DNA of 64,000 bases. Source: Callorhinchus milii. Its lineage: Eukaryota. The notes under the pieces are model-generated. The model had not been told where the DNA came from, did no database searches, and saw only the letters and a list, made by a program, of their open reading frames with translations. The position numbers and the translations under genes are program-made. The stretch lies in contig NW_024704743.1 of NCBI RefSeq assembly GCF_018977255.1, forward strand, positions 37,822,001 to 37,886,000, read 5' to 3'. Positions 50,696 to 63,465 of this stretch are shown here, piece by piece. Each line of letters begins with the position of its first letter. Within the stretch, counting starts at the first letter, position 1.

Positions 50696-52675
50696 ACTAT
50701 TTTAAAAAACGTTTGAAAGTGAGTTGCCCTGCCAATATGCTATGCTGTGATGCACAGATTGATCCTCATGATACAGCGCATGGTGATTTGCTGATTTCTT
50801 CCAGGGATGGCTGGAAAAGAAGCCAAGTACAAGTGATCCATTGCCCTGGTGAAGAATAAGAGGAGGAGGAGGAGGAAGCTCTGGAGACCTAGCACACAAT
50901 AACATACTCAGCAGAGTAAAAGTGAGACACATTTTCATCCCATCAATTGGGGAGGAGCCAGTGATGCAAGAGGAGGGGTTCTTAATAAGGCTTTTCTTTT
51001 GAACCAGAAGCTATTTTAAAAAAACTCCCCAATGGTTTTGTAGGTAAATGCAACTCCTTGTACAGACTAGAGGCACACAGACTTGAATGCCTCAAACTTT
51101 CTTCTCTTCTTGAATAGTACCTTGGGTGTTTCGCCCATAAATATACAGTCAATTCACTTTACAGCTTATTCTGTGAAGGCTTTGAGACGTCTAGTAGATG
51201 TGAAAAGCGCTATATCAAATGCAAGGATTATTATTATTATAATATATTATCTTTGACAGCACATGGTGTTAACAGGCCCACAGGACTTCCAACAATGTAG
51301 CACACTCCCAGCACTGCACTGGAGTGTCAGTATAGACAACAACAACGACTTGCATTTATATAGCAACCTTCCTGCAGGGTAGCATCTTGAAACGCTTAGT
51401 CCAAACTTTGTCATAGTGAATCTCCCTGAGCTAAGAAAAAAAAAATTGCACCCCATAGTTAGTAACACTTACAGGGCCACACACTGTCACTTGCTAGAAT
51501 TTCATCACATACAACACATTGAGGCTGTGGCACATCACTGGACCTGCTCCATGTAATAATAATAAAAAAATAATAATAATAATCCTTGCATTTGGTATAA
51601 CGACTTATCACGTCTCCAAGACGTCTCAAAGTGCTTCACAGAATATTCTGTAAATTGAATTGACTGTATATTTTATGGGCAAAACAGAAAGTAAGTCCCG
51701 GTTTTAAATTAACTTAATCATATTTTCAGCTTCTGCATTTTGTTGGAACCTCCGCTGCTGCCGTCACTTTCTAATAGGTTTTTCTGCAATTTTTTTCTAA
51801 TAACTTTTTTTTTAAATCACCAAATGTTTCTTTAAAAAAAAGGACATGTAACTGCATTCCTCCCAACGTCCCATTTCTAAAAATATCCTTACCTGGCGCA
51901 TGTGTGCAGACAGCCGAGCTGATTCCGCACTCACAGGTGAGGATTTTGTTTAAAAGTGGCACATTGCGAGGTATGTAATTGATGCCTCCCCTGGCCCACA
52001 CCCACCCCTCCCACCTATATTACATGGGACTTGAACCTAGAACCTTCTGTAAGCGTTAGTAAGCTTTGGGGAGGAACAACTGAATGTACTACCAACTGAG
52101 CCAGGCTCACACCATAACTTTAAATGGCCTTGGCTAATGGGGGGAGAAGAAAAAAATCAAACAACATTCATGGGAATCAGATCATCAGCATTCAGATCAT
52201 CATCTAAAAAACCCGGTTGGAAGGTATGTGCGGGGAATAAGATAAGGCAGGATTGGTTTTGACTAAGCTCTCTCTCCTGCCCCCATTGATAGGCTGACAA
52301 CTTTCACACATGAATGATGTTCACCTGGGTGAGGCATCAGTGCATGACAAGCAATTTTTCAACTATACCCCAGTAGAAGAAAGAAGTTTAAAATCCTTTG
52401 GGAGACGAGGTTATGTGGGCAGATATTAAAGGAGAAAAATAAACATAAAAACCTTAACAGCATCACTAACTTCTCCGTGGATCTGCTGTTCAAATCCTGG
52501 CAAACAAAAGCAGTGAACGAGAGTTAACAAAAGATTGACTGCCTTACAGTTGATAAATTGGAGTAGACTGATCAGCTGCATGAAAGTAGATCTAAAAGAG
52601 ATTCGGGCACATTTTAGTTACATGCCAGTCAGCTTTCGAGAATAATTTATCAGAGCATAAGAAACATCCACTCAC

Positions 52676-52802
52676 CATATGTCAGACTTGGAATCATAGC
52701 CCTGGTGATTCAGTACTTCTGGACTCATGTAGTAAGGAGTCCCAGTGAATGTGGTGGCCAGGTCACATGATCCCATCAGAAGCCGAGAAACCCCAAAGTC
52801 TC
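52676..52802 (-). CDS. NEK11: NEK11 coding exon (DFG, activation loop, SPE), 127 nt, phase 1 to 2
   Basis: aattaaag|GAGACTTTGGG...GACATATG|gtgagt translates [42 protein letters not shown](W); phase fits both neighbours. Confidence 0.97.
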
Positions 52803-53274
52803 CTTTAATTTAAAAACATAGGAAACAAAGAATTCTGTACTGTTCAAAACATTTTTAACGTAAGTTTTTTTTTAAAAATCGCATTACCTGAAAGAAATGA
52901 GAAATAAAATCACTAAGCATTTAAGCATAAATAATAATAATTCTTGCATTTGATATAGTGCCTTATCATGTCATCGAGATGTCTCAAAGCGCTTCAAAGA
53001 ATATACTGTAAAGTGGATTGACTATGAATTTTGTGGGCGAAATGCAGCAGCCAATTGCTTTTAAATAAATTAAGCGCTAAGCAATTGTTTTCTATGCCTT
53101 GTGGATCCAATTTCTGAAGCTTTCCTTAGAGAACAGTGAAGAATATGCAAACATGTAAGGTGACAACCAGGCTGATGGCTCGGATGCAAATTGATCATTT
53201 CCTTACCAGGTAACTGTGCACAGACAAAATTCACAAGAGCATCTAAAGTTGATGGTGCCTCTCGTGACCATTTT

Positions 53275-54880
53275 AACAAGCAACAACAAGATTACATTTG
53301 TATAGCGCCTTTCACGTCGGGAGGACGTCCCAAGGCGCTGGACAGTGTACAGCATTTCAGACTCAAGCTGGGGTTGGGGGGAGAAGGGAGGGGAGGGGAA
53401 GGGGAGTGGCCAACAGCATGGTCGAAGAGGAGGGTTTTGAGATGGGACTTGAAGGAGGCCAAGGAGGGGCCGAGGCAGAGTGATTGTGTGATGGAATTTC
53501 AGAGGATGGGGGCAGAGTGGCTGAAGGCTCTCCCGCCAATGCTGGGGCGGAGGACGTGGAGCAGGCCGGAGCCTATTGAGCGGAGGGAGCGGGCGGGTTG
53601 GTAGGGGGTTAGGAGGTCACAGAGGTAGGGTGGGGTGAGACCATGGAGGGCTTTGTAGTGAGGACCAGGATCTTGAACTGGATCCTCTGAAGGATAGGGA
53701 GCCAATGGAGTCGGGCGAGAGTGGGGGAGATGGGGTCATGGAGTTTGGTGCAGGAGAGGACACGGGCTGCAGAGTTCTGGATTATCTGCAGCCTGTGGAG
53801 GGAGGAGTTGGGAAGGCCGACAAGTAGGGCGTTAGCATAGTCGAGGCTGGAGGTGATGAAGGCATGAACAAGAGTTTCAGTGGCCTGAGGGGTGAGGTAG
53901 TGGCAGAGTCGGGCGATGTTACGCAGGTGAGGGACGGCAGAGCGGGTAATGGCTTGGATGTGGGGAAAAAGACAGTTGAGGGTTGAACAAGACACCGAGG
54001 TTCCTGACTGACTTGGTGAGTTGTAATGTGCAACCCTGGAGGTTGATGCTGCCAGAGCCTGAGGTGCAGAGGCGCTGGCGCGAGCCAATCAGGAGGGCCT
54101 CAGTCTTGTTCATATTCAACTGGAGGAAATTTGCCCTCATCCAGGACTTGATGTCCGACAGACAGTCTGTCAGGACAGCAGTGGTCCTGGAGTTGATGGT
54201 GGAGGCAAAAAGATAGAGTTGGATGTCATTCTCATACATATGGAAGGTGACCCCATGTCTGCGGATGATGTCAAGAAGGGGGAGCATATAGATATTAAAG
54301 AGGAGAGGCCAAGGACAGAGCCCTGGAAGATGTGACAGTGCGGGAGCTGGAGGAGAAACTGTTAGAGGCAACAAAGTGGAGACAGTGAGAGAGATAGGAT
54401 TCGATCCAGACAAGGGCAGGTCTGCGAAGGTTAAGTAAAGAGGAGAGGCGGTGTATGAGGATGGAGTGGTCGACAGTGTCGAAGGCGGCAGAGAGATCGA
54501 GGAGGACAAGGAGGCAGAGGGATCCCTGATCACAGATGTTCAGAATCTCATTAGTGACTTTGACCAGGACTGTTTCCGTGCTGTGGGCAGCGCAGAAGCT
54601 GAATTGGAGGGGTTCAAAGTGGGTTTAAGTTTGCGAACAATGGCGGCGAGAGAGGAGGGAGAGATAGAGTCAAAGGAGTACAGGGGGAGATGGGTGGGGG
54701 GTGGATTATGAGGGAGAGGTGATGTGTGCTGTGGATGGGGCTGAGATGGCTGAACGTATCCCCTCAATTTTGGATTCAAGTATGTCCAGCATCTCCTCAT
54801 AGTTGGAGTTTGAGGAGAGGATGGGCGAGGCGTGGGAAGGTGGACGGAGGAGACGTTTTGTGGTAGAAAAGAGAAGCCTG
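53275..54880 (-). mobile_element. L2 LINE, 5'-truncated, frameshifted
   Basis: Minus ORFs with [42 protein letters not shown]; (caa)n tail at 53275. Confidence 0.95.
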
Positions 54881-54929
54881 GGGTTATATCACACACTTTG
54901 TGTATATTACATATAAAAACTGTACTACA

Positions 54930-55258
54930 AGCAAATTTATGAGATCTGGTGAGTCAGTGATGGTTAGTGAGTCCGTAACTGGAGGGCATCAATTTATGAC
55001 AGCTAGCAAACTAGCAAATAGGTTAGGAGAAATTGTTTCACATACAGAATAGTTAGGATATAGAAAGCGGTGCCAGGAGCAATGGTTGATGCAGAATCCA
55101 TATTAGTTTTCAAAAGGGGACTTGATAAATACCTAAAAAGGATTTACAGGGGTATGGGGAAACGGCAGGTAAATGGGACTGAAACGATTACTCTTTAAAG
55201 TCACAACACAGACACAATGGGCCAAATGGCCTTCTTCTTTGCTGTAAATTTCTATGTT
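54930..55258 (+). mobile_element. CR1 3' fragment
   Basis: gtgagtccgtaactggagggcat...aggagaaattgtttcacatacaga...gggccaaatggccttcttct. Confidence 0.75.
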
Positions 55259-55554
55259 ACAAGGTCACAAGATTGGTTTGGATGAAAAAGACCCTTTGGC
55301 CCATTTCATCTCATATAATATGACAACTGGTCTTGATGTGATGTGAAGAGGATATGGCATGTTACCAAAGGTAAGTTGCTATTCCTACTCGTATAAACCT
55401 TTTATTTTCTCCAGCAGAGGAAAAGGGAAGATGGCTGCTTTTCAAAAACTTCACAACTGCCTGCTCTTGTTTATACAAACTCATCAATTACCACTCAGAA
55501 TGAAGACCCGCAGATTTTATTCAAGATGAACTTAAAGGCACCCGACATCCAATG

Positions 55555-55632
55555 CACAGAGAGAGTAACAGCATGAGGCACTTTACACAGAGAGAGTAAC
55601 AGCATGTGGCACTTTACACAGAGAGAGTAACA
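55555..55632 (+). repeat. 31-bp tandem repeat, 2.5 copies
   Basis: cacagagagagtaacagcatg(a/t)ggcacttta. Confidence 0.92.
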
Positions 55633-56340
55633 TTCCAGGCCAACTCAGCTCCAAGGAGGATTGGGGACCCCAGAATGTGCGTTGGGGTACTGCAGAGGGC
55701 TGGCTTGATTCCCAATTTTTGTTGCCAGGTATGTCACCTTAGAGTCAGTTCAACTCCAAGGAGACCCCAATTACCCACCCACTGCCCCCCAAGGAGGACC
55801 GTCACTAGTTGGTCGTTCAACATCTGACAGGTGCTAGTTTGAGTCCTCACTAGGTGGATGGTAGGTACAAGGAACTCCTTGTGAGCTTCCCAGTGGGCAA
55901 TGCATCTCAACATGAAATAGGTGAGAGCTTTGCCACTGTCTTCCTGTCCGCAGCTCGGGCACACATCCCTTCCCATTGAGCAATGGTTCCATTAATTTAT
56001 GGTGCGGAGTTTAAGCAGGAGGTGCTTGCCTCTCAGGAGGCCAAACAAGGTGGATTCCCGGTCCTGGATGTATGAACGTGTGTTTACAAACTCGGACTCC
56101 AGGTAACACTTTCCTCATCAGCTATCTGGCGAGCTTCAGCAAGGTGGGTGGAGCTTTACAGGACAGCTTGTGACATGCTAGCCACCTTGATGTTCTTGAA
56201 GTCCAAGGCCACATACCAGCCTTACTCAGCGCCAGCTGCTTAATCCAGGTCCACATATGAGAAATCTACATAGGAAGCGACTACAGGGAGGGAGGACTCC
56301 GGCCTACGCTGACTGTCACTAAGCACTTTGGAGGTGAAGG
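55633..56340 (-). mobile_element. Decayed non-LTR retrotransposon C-terminus with zinc knuckle (RTEX-like)
   Basis: Minus frame reads KCYLESEF...RGKHLLLKLRTIN*WNHCSMGRDVCPSCGQEDSGKALTYFMLRCIAHWEAHKEFL...DQLVTVLLGG; second copy at 30060-30230. Confidence 0.55.
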
Positions 56341-56371
56341 CAGCTTTAATTTCAAATTCTAAAAAAAAACA

Positions 56372-56403
56372 ATTAATTAATTAATTAATTAATTAATAAT
56401 TAA
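56372..56403. repeat. (TTAA)n microsatellite
   Basis: aattaattaattaattaattaattaa. Confidence 0.9.
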
Positions 56404-56429
56404 CAAATTCAAGATTGTAATTGTGGGAG

Positions 56430-56775
56430 TAACAACAACAACTTGCCCATAAATAGCACCTTCCACGCAGGGTAGCGTCTCAAAGCACTAAACAGTGACG
56501 AACCCTGACTCCAAGCCAGGGAGGGGCAAGTGGCCGTAAGCAAGGACGAAGAGGAAGGTTTTCAAGTGGGACCTGAAAAAGGGGAGAGAGGGGGCAAGGC
56601 AGAGAGATTAAGGGAGAATTTTCCAGAGTTTTGGGGCGTAGTGGATAAAAGTGCAACCTGGTGGGGCGGAGGGTGCGAGGGACGAGTAGGAGGCCGGTGC
56701 TAGTCGAACCAAGATACCGGGTGGTGGATTGGGAAGTGAGGAGGTCGGAGAGGTAGGGAGGTGCCAGAGACTGAA
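56430..56775 (-). mobile_element. L2 3' end
   Basis: SLAPPYLSDLL...STGLLLVPRT; (caa)n tail. Confidence 0.85.
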
Positions 56776-58392
56776 GAGAGTAAAAGGAGAGTTGCCGAAG
56801 AGCTTCCTCTGTTGTCAGCATATAGAATGATTTTCCATGGGTGTCTGTTAGACTACAGTTGATTGGGGTTGACATAAAAAAATTTTACAACCTCATGCAG
56901 AGGAATGGTACTTTAGAGGATATAGGGAAAGAAATTAGGATGGATAGCTTCTTGGAGGAGCAAACACCTACACAAAAAAAGGGCCGAATGGCCTGTTATT
57001 GTGGGTTGTAACATACATGCCATATATTTCTGCAGTTCTATCTACAGCCGGGCCAATATAGCTAAATAATTCTCTGTACACAGGGTATGCTGTTGCACAC
57101 TGAAATCATTCTATTTCAACTCCAACTGCACTTACATCTTATCTTCCACCAATATATCCAACTCACATCAAACCAGCTCAAGTTCTGTTAAACTTCTGTA
57201 CCAAAGGTTCGCTGAAAGGAAACCAAATGCCTCTGGCATGCAAAGGAGACATTCATCAGCATTGCACAGACCGCAGACTGTCGACAATTGTGGATAATGT
57301 ACTCTCCACTTCACTTTCCATAGCATTCACTATATCACAGATGAGAGACAGGTTCGCTCAATCATGAAAAAAAAAAGAATATTTTTGTTGTGATGGGACT
57401 GCATTGCTTAAAGCCATATTGCTTTCCACAGAGCCCATTAAGGATGAAGTCTTGCCATCGTTAACCATTTTTAAAAATCAGGCACAAAAATAAAGGATTA
57501 TTTTCATCAGTCCATTGAGTTTTTATCTGTCTCTTTTAGTTGATTTCCCTCTGTAGCACAGCGACAATGAGGATGAAAAAACTCTCCTCATTACAGTGGT
57601 AATGCTCTAGGCCATGACTATCGCAGACAGCACTTTGCAAGATAAACTCCAATTTCAGCTTGGTCCCACATCATGTCACACAACACCTTACCACAGAGGT
57701 CACCTCTGGTCAAAGCTAAGACTTCACAAGTCCACATGACACACCAGAGTTTCCCTTCAGAAAGAGCAATCTAAGTCTCGAAGTACAGCTCACATCACAA
57801 AGGGCATTTTCCAGAAAGCAGACACTAGCGATGCATCTTGATTGCTTTCAAGAACCGCACTTTTTCAATCCCAAAACTTTTTGATTAAGCTGCAAGTGAT
57901 GATGGAATGCTGGTGTCAGAGCAGAACTTGCTGGGGGCTGGGAAAAGAAAGGCACCTGGACTGTTTGTAACTGATGGTGCAAGGCACAAGTAGAATAAGA
58001 CATGGACAAAGGGGACTCCCTTGTACAGTTATTCGTGATAGTTTTATGCACCCCCAACACAAATGGAAACATTTGTCAAAATTAGGTTTATGTTAAAAAT
58101 GCTAACTAATATTTTGGTCAGTGGGGTGTCTGGCACATGCAGAAACCTATCACCATACTTAAGAATATCCAAAACAAACTGAGAGTTTCATGTATATTTT
58201 GTATCATTGTTTTCAGTAATAATATACAAATGTTAATGCACAATAATTACATTTCTGCCATTGTAAGGAGGAATGACCAGCCAAAGATTGGCAACAATTT
58301 CCACAATATTTCTCACCTGTTTGGTGAACATTTGCCTTTTTCAATCTCCATGATATTTAAGGGCAGAATTTTTTTCTGTCTTTTCATTGTTT

Positions 58393-58712
58393 TAATAATA
58401 ATAATAATTCTTGCATTTGAAATAGAGCTTTTCACGTCGGGAGGACATCCCAAAGCGCTTCACAGAACACACCATAAAGTGAATTGACTGTATGTTTGTG
58501 GGCGAAGGCGGCAGCCAATTGCGCACAGCAATGTCCCACACACAGTCGTAGATTGAAAATGACCAATTTATTATTGGTTTTTGGTTTTCGAGGCATTATT
58601 ATTTGGCGTGTGGAGTAAGGAAAAATGCCCACGGTTTCGCCACGCCTGGAACTGAACTCAGGTCTCTCGCTCGCAAAGCGAGTGCTCTAACCACTGGGCT
58701 ACAGGACTCCAC
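58393..58712 (-). mobile_element. tRNA-derived SINE with central deletion
   Basis: Minus head gtggagtcctgtagcccagtggttagagcactcgctttgcgagcgag; tail at 58393. Confidence 0.9.
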
Positions 58713-58861
58713 ATAATTTGATGTTGAACCATCTTTACATCAACAAACCTTTACATCTATCTCATGTGCATTGTTGAGTTGAAACTCCTGCACCAACCTT
58801 TCCCAATAAAATTATGAGCACTTGAGCTCTATAAAAATCCTTGCATTTAATAAAGCGCCTT

Positions 58862-59755
58862 ATCCACATGTATGCGGATGATACACAAATTTACTTTGCC
58901 TCCTCCAGTACCAACTCCAGGTCCGCAGATGTTCTATTAGCTTGTCTAGCAAACATCAGGGCCTGGATGAGTGCAAACCTTCGGTAGCTGAGATCCTGTG
59001 GATCAACTCACTGACTCTCCCTCAGACTCACCGAACCAGTGCGCAATCCGATTTGACCTCCAGTTGTCCTTCCTTCCCCACATCCGGTCCCTGACCAGCA
59101 CCTCCTTCTTCCATCTCTGCCACATTGCCCACCTCCGACTGTACCTTACCCCAAATGCAGCCGAAATCCTCATGCATGCGTTAGTTAACCCCCACCTGGA
59201 GTATTCAAACGCACTTCTCACGCGTCTTCCCAGCTCCATTATTCACAAGATCCAGCTCACTCAGAACTCTGCTGCCCACATACTGACCTGGACCAAACTC
59301 GGTACCCACATCTCAACAGTTCTGCCCAGGCTCCACTGGCTCCCCATCACTGAACGGATCAACCTCAAGATCCACACACTTCTGTTCAAATCCCTTCACT
59401 ATCTGGCACCTCACTACCTCTCCGACCTCCTCACTCCCCAATCCATCACCTGGCGCCTCCGCTCAACTGGCACCAGCCTCCTGCTCGTCCCTCGCACCCT
59501 CCACCCCACCATCGAAGGTCGCGCTTTCAGCCACTACACCTCGAAACTCTGGAACATTCCCCTCAATCCCTCCGCCTTCCCCGCTCTCTTCCCTTTTTCA
59601 AGTTCCGCCTGAAAATCTTCCTCTTCGACCGGGCTTACAGCCACTTCCCCCCACCTCAATCCTGTCTCGGAGTCCGGCTCCGCCCCTGTTAAGTGCTCTG
59701 AGATGCTACCCTATGTGGAGTGCGCTATACAAGTGCAATTTGTTGTTGTTGTATT
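58862..59755 (+). mobile_element. L2 LINE 3' part
   Basis: [43 protein letters not shown]. Confidence 0.92.
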
Positions 59756-62227
59756 ATGTTGGTGAGACATTTCAAAGCGCTTCACAGAATATACTGTACA
59801 GTAGATTGACTGTATATTTTGTAGGCGAAACATGGAGCCAATTGGTAATGTATAATGTTTCAATTTGCTCAATCCTTTTTCAAAACCTGCCACCCTAAAA
59901 TACTGCCAAATACAGTATTAGGCCTAAAGGTTATTGGTTCAGCAATATCGGAATCAAGAAATAAAGATAAAGGCCAATGTCTAACTAAAAAGTGCATGAA
60001 CTTGAATAGAAAACAGCTTTCTATTGAACTGCTCTTACAGAGATTTCTCATTATTTAAATTGACTTGTTGAATGTGGCTTTCTCTTTTGAGGCGAGAAGC
60101 AATTCTACTGAATCATAGACATCAATGATATAAGTACTGTAGTTTGCGATTGTCTTCAGACTGTAAAACAGATGTATTCATTGTACCACTACGTTCTTTT
60201 TCTGGCTGTAAATATTCAGCACTATATAGGCAACGTTCGCTTCATGCATTGGGAATAGTTAGGAAATGTTGATCCATGTTCCAGTCATGTATGTGTTTAG
60301 GGAAACAGACAAATAGCTTCAATTCTCATACAATTTTCAACCACCATTGTTTTTCAAAGCTAGAGTGTTTCTCTTGAGCAGTCAATGAATTCAAGGGAAA
60401 ACAAATGAGAGGAAAATCAATAACCCTTAACTACCTTTAGGTTCACTGAAGATATGAATTTCGCCCACAAAATATACAATCAATTCATTTTACCGTATAT
60501 TCTGTGAAGCGCTTTGAGATGTTGTGAAGCCGTGATAAGGCGCTATATAAAATGCAAGGATTATGATTGTTTTCAAAGTCCAATGCTATTGTGTGTTATT
60601 GGTTCCTTGGGTTCAAGGAAACAATTGTTGTGGTTTATTTTGTTAATCATTTTATTGGAAATCAAAGGTAAAAAATAACATTCACAAATAACTAAGAGTT
60701 ATGTACAAACCCACCATGAAGAGTTCAGCATTTGTGGCCTCCATCACTTCAACTTTAATACTTCAGTGAACATTTCACTCAATTACCTCTGCAGCTGCTT
60801 AATAAGTCACAACATTTAGTAAAGCAGTGGGGCACTGGCAGTGAATTCTGAGAATTTACCTTTGCTACTTTTAATCCTTTGTATTATCACTCTTGCATTA
60901 TACTACAAATTCAAGGTAGTTTACCATGCCACAAAGAGTGACATGTCTTGCGACCTAGTTGTTTAAAGGTGGGTTCGAGGATCCATTTTAAATCAGTGTA
61001 ATAGCTGTGAGTTAGTATTCATCTGAAACAACACTGGCACAATGTGTTCCAGTAAAATGTACACAAAAACAAGTAGTTGGGTAACTGAAGCTGTGCAGCA
61101 ACTGAACTCGAAGACCATTTCCATAGAATAGAAGCTGAAAAGTTCTGAGCAGACAATGTAGTGCATGCGGAATGATGTTAAAATTGGCTGTTTCCCAAGC
61201 TGGAGCTGCTCAGATATTAACAAACTTTACCATGACGAGTACAAAATTTTAAAAAAAGAATTTTTAAAAAATCAATTTTCAACTAAAATATCAAAACTTT
61301 CCAGGACTTTGTGAGCATTCTATTCTATCATAACCAGAGGTTTCACCTTTTGAGAACTCCAGCAGCAGATATGAGACAACAAATCACTATAAACAAAGTT
61401 GACTTCAAGGATACTGTGAACCAGAAAAGGTCTTAGGTTTTCTGCACTTTTCTTATTCTGCGTGTAACATTCATTTATTAGATAGGTACCAAAACATGTT
61501 TTTTTTGTTATATTATATATATCTGTGCTTACTCATTGGATTAATGTAATAGCAAGGAGGATGTCAAATGCATCTTATGACATAATGCACTTTCATGTGG
61601 TTACCTGAAGGTACAGTGAAAATCTAATTAGTGTGATTTGTACTGGCATGATTTGTTCTGTAACTATTAATACACAATCGCTACACTATCATAGCAATTA
61701 CCTGCAAAGCTTTCTGAACTGTCTTGACGTTGTAGGCTGTTGGCGCTATTATTAAATGTGAGGATCCTTATTATTACATAGAAAGTTCTCATCTACTATA
61801 GGCACAGAACATGTGACTGATGAATTATAGGGCTGCCAGGGACCAGCCGGTATATGGAAGCCAAGCAAGCTGTACTGACAATGGAGGAAGTAGATTTTGA
61901 GAGCAGACAAAGCTGTTTGGGTGATGATTGAGCTGGTGTTCATTTGGTTGGCATCTGAGTTGAATACATTAACTGTACAAATGGCAATACATCTTCTGCA
62001 CACACACCATCTACCATGAATGATAGGCATATCTCACAGCTCTAGAGGACAACAGACTCGAGAACAACAACAACAACAAAATTACATTTGTATAGCGCCT
62101 TATGGGACGTTGCTGTGTGCAAATTGGCTGCCATGTTTGCATACAAATGCAGTCACCACAATTCACAACACCTGGTGAAGCACTATATGAAGTGGAAGGA
62201 GTATTTGTTTTACATTGCCGTAGGAGG

Positions 62228-62575
62228 CAACAACAACAACAACAAAATTAAATTTGTATAGCGCCTTTCACGTTAGGAAGACGTCCCAAGGTGCTAGACA
62301 ATCAGTGTTTCGGACCTGAGCTGGTGGTCGGGATTGGGGAGGGTGGAGGGCAGGGGGGAAAGAGGGAAACCAAAAGCATCGTCAAAGAAGAGGGTCTTGA
62401 GACAGTTGTTGAAGGGAGGCAAGGGTGGGGGCGAGGCAGCGGGACTTGCGGGATGGAGTTCCAGAACATGGGGGCAGAGTGACAGAAGGACCACACACCA
62501 ACGGTGGGGAGATGAAGTGGGGGACGTGAAGCTGAGCTTAGGGGCGGGCAGATTGGTAGGGGGTTAGCAGAGGTG
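62228..62575 (-). mobile_element. L2 3' end whose tail is duplicated at 62063-62101
   Basis: (caa)n aaatta..tttgtatagcgcct occurs twice around a 125-bp insert. Confidence 0.88.
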
Positions 62576-62627
62576 AAGGAAAGAGGCAGAGAAATTCAAG
62601 ATGAGAACAGTTTCTCATAACTCTTAC

Positions 62628-62692
62628 CTATTTTAACAAGGTTATTTTTTAAGAAGATGTTGCTGCTTTTTAGATCTCTGTGAAGTACCCTC
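62628..62692 (-). CDS. NEK11: NEK11 coding exon (catalytic loop), 65 nt, phase 2 to 1
   Basis: ttttatag|GAGGGTACTTCACAGAGATCTAAAA...AAAATAG|gtaaga translates (R)RVLHRDLKSSNIFLKNNLVKI(G), matching NEK11 RRILHRDLKSKNVFLKNNLLKIG as I recall it. Confidence 0.95.
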
Positions 62693-62809
62693 CTATAAAA
62701 AGGAAAAAAATACTTTATTAAAAAAACACCATATTTACTTGTTTCATCAATTTACAGCAAAGTAAATGGTTTGTGGTAACTTTAAAACAAAGATATTCAG
62801 GTTATAATG

Positions 62810-63465
62810 TCCTTTCAACTGTCCTTTCTACCCCACATCCTTGACATGACCCGCTCTGCCTTCCCCCACCTCCGCAACATCACTGAGCTCCACCACTGCC
62901 TCACCCCTCAGACCGCCAAAATCCTCATCCAAACATCCAGGCTCGACTACATCAACTCTCTGCGTTTCGGCCTTCCTAACTCTTCCCTCCACAAGGTGCA
63001 GATGATCCAGGACTCTGCAGCTCATGTCCTCTGCTGCACCAGGCTCCGTGACCCCCACCTTCACCTGGTTCCACTGGCTCCCCATCCCCCAGAGGATAGA
63101 GTTTAAAATCTTCGTCCTCGCCTTCAATGCCCTCCACTTCCTTGCTCCTTCCTACCCCTGTGACCTGATAACCCCATACCAACCTGTCCGCTCCATCCGC
63201 TCAGCAGGCTTCAGCCTGTTCCACGGCCCCTGACCAGCCTGCCCCACCATCGGCGGTCGAGCCTTCAGGCTCTCTGCCCCCATCCTATGAAATTCCATCC
63301 CACATTCCCTTCACTTTGCTCCCTCCCTTGCCTCCTTCAAGGCACATCCTACCCTCCCTGCTCTCTACCCTCCCTGATCCCAACACCCCAGCTCAGGTCC
63401 AAATTGCTGACAATCCATCATCTTGGGATGTCCTCCCGACATAAAAGGCGCTATACAAATGTAAA
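62810..63465 (+). mobile_element. L2 LINE 3' part
   Basis: [30 protein letters not shown]; aaaggcgctatacaaatgtaa. Confidence 0.9.

Noticed and set aside
55555..55632. 31-bp direct repeats as a CRISPR array
   Set aside because: Head-to-tail with no spacers, vertebrate context, no cas genes.
61700..61740. Possible micro-exon ending CAG|gtaatt on minus
   Set aside because: The flanking kinase exons already join in frame with no missing residues.
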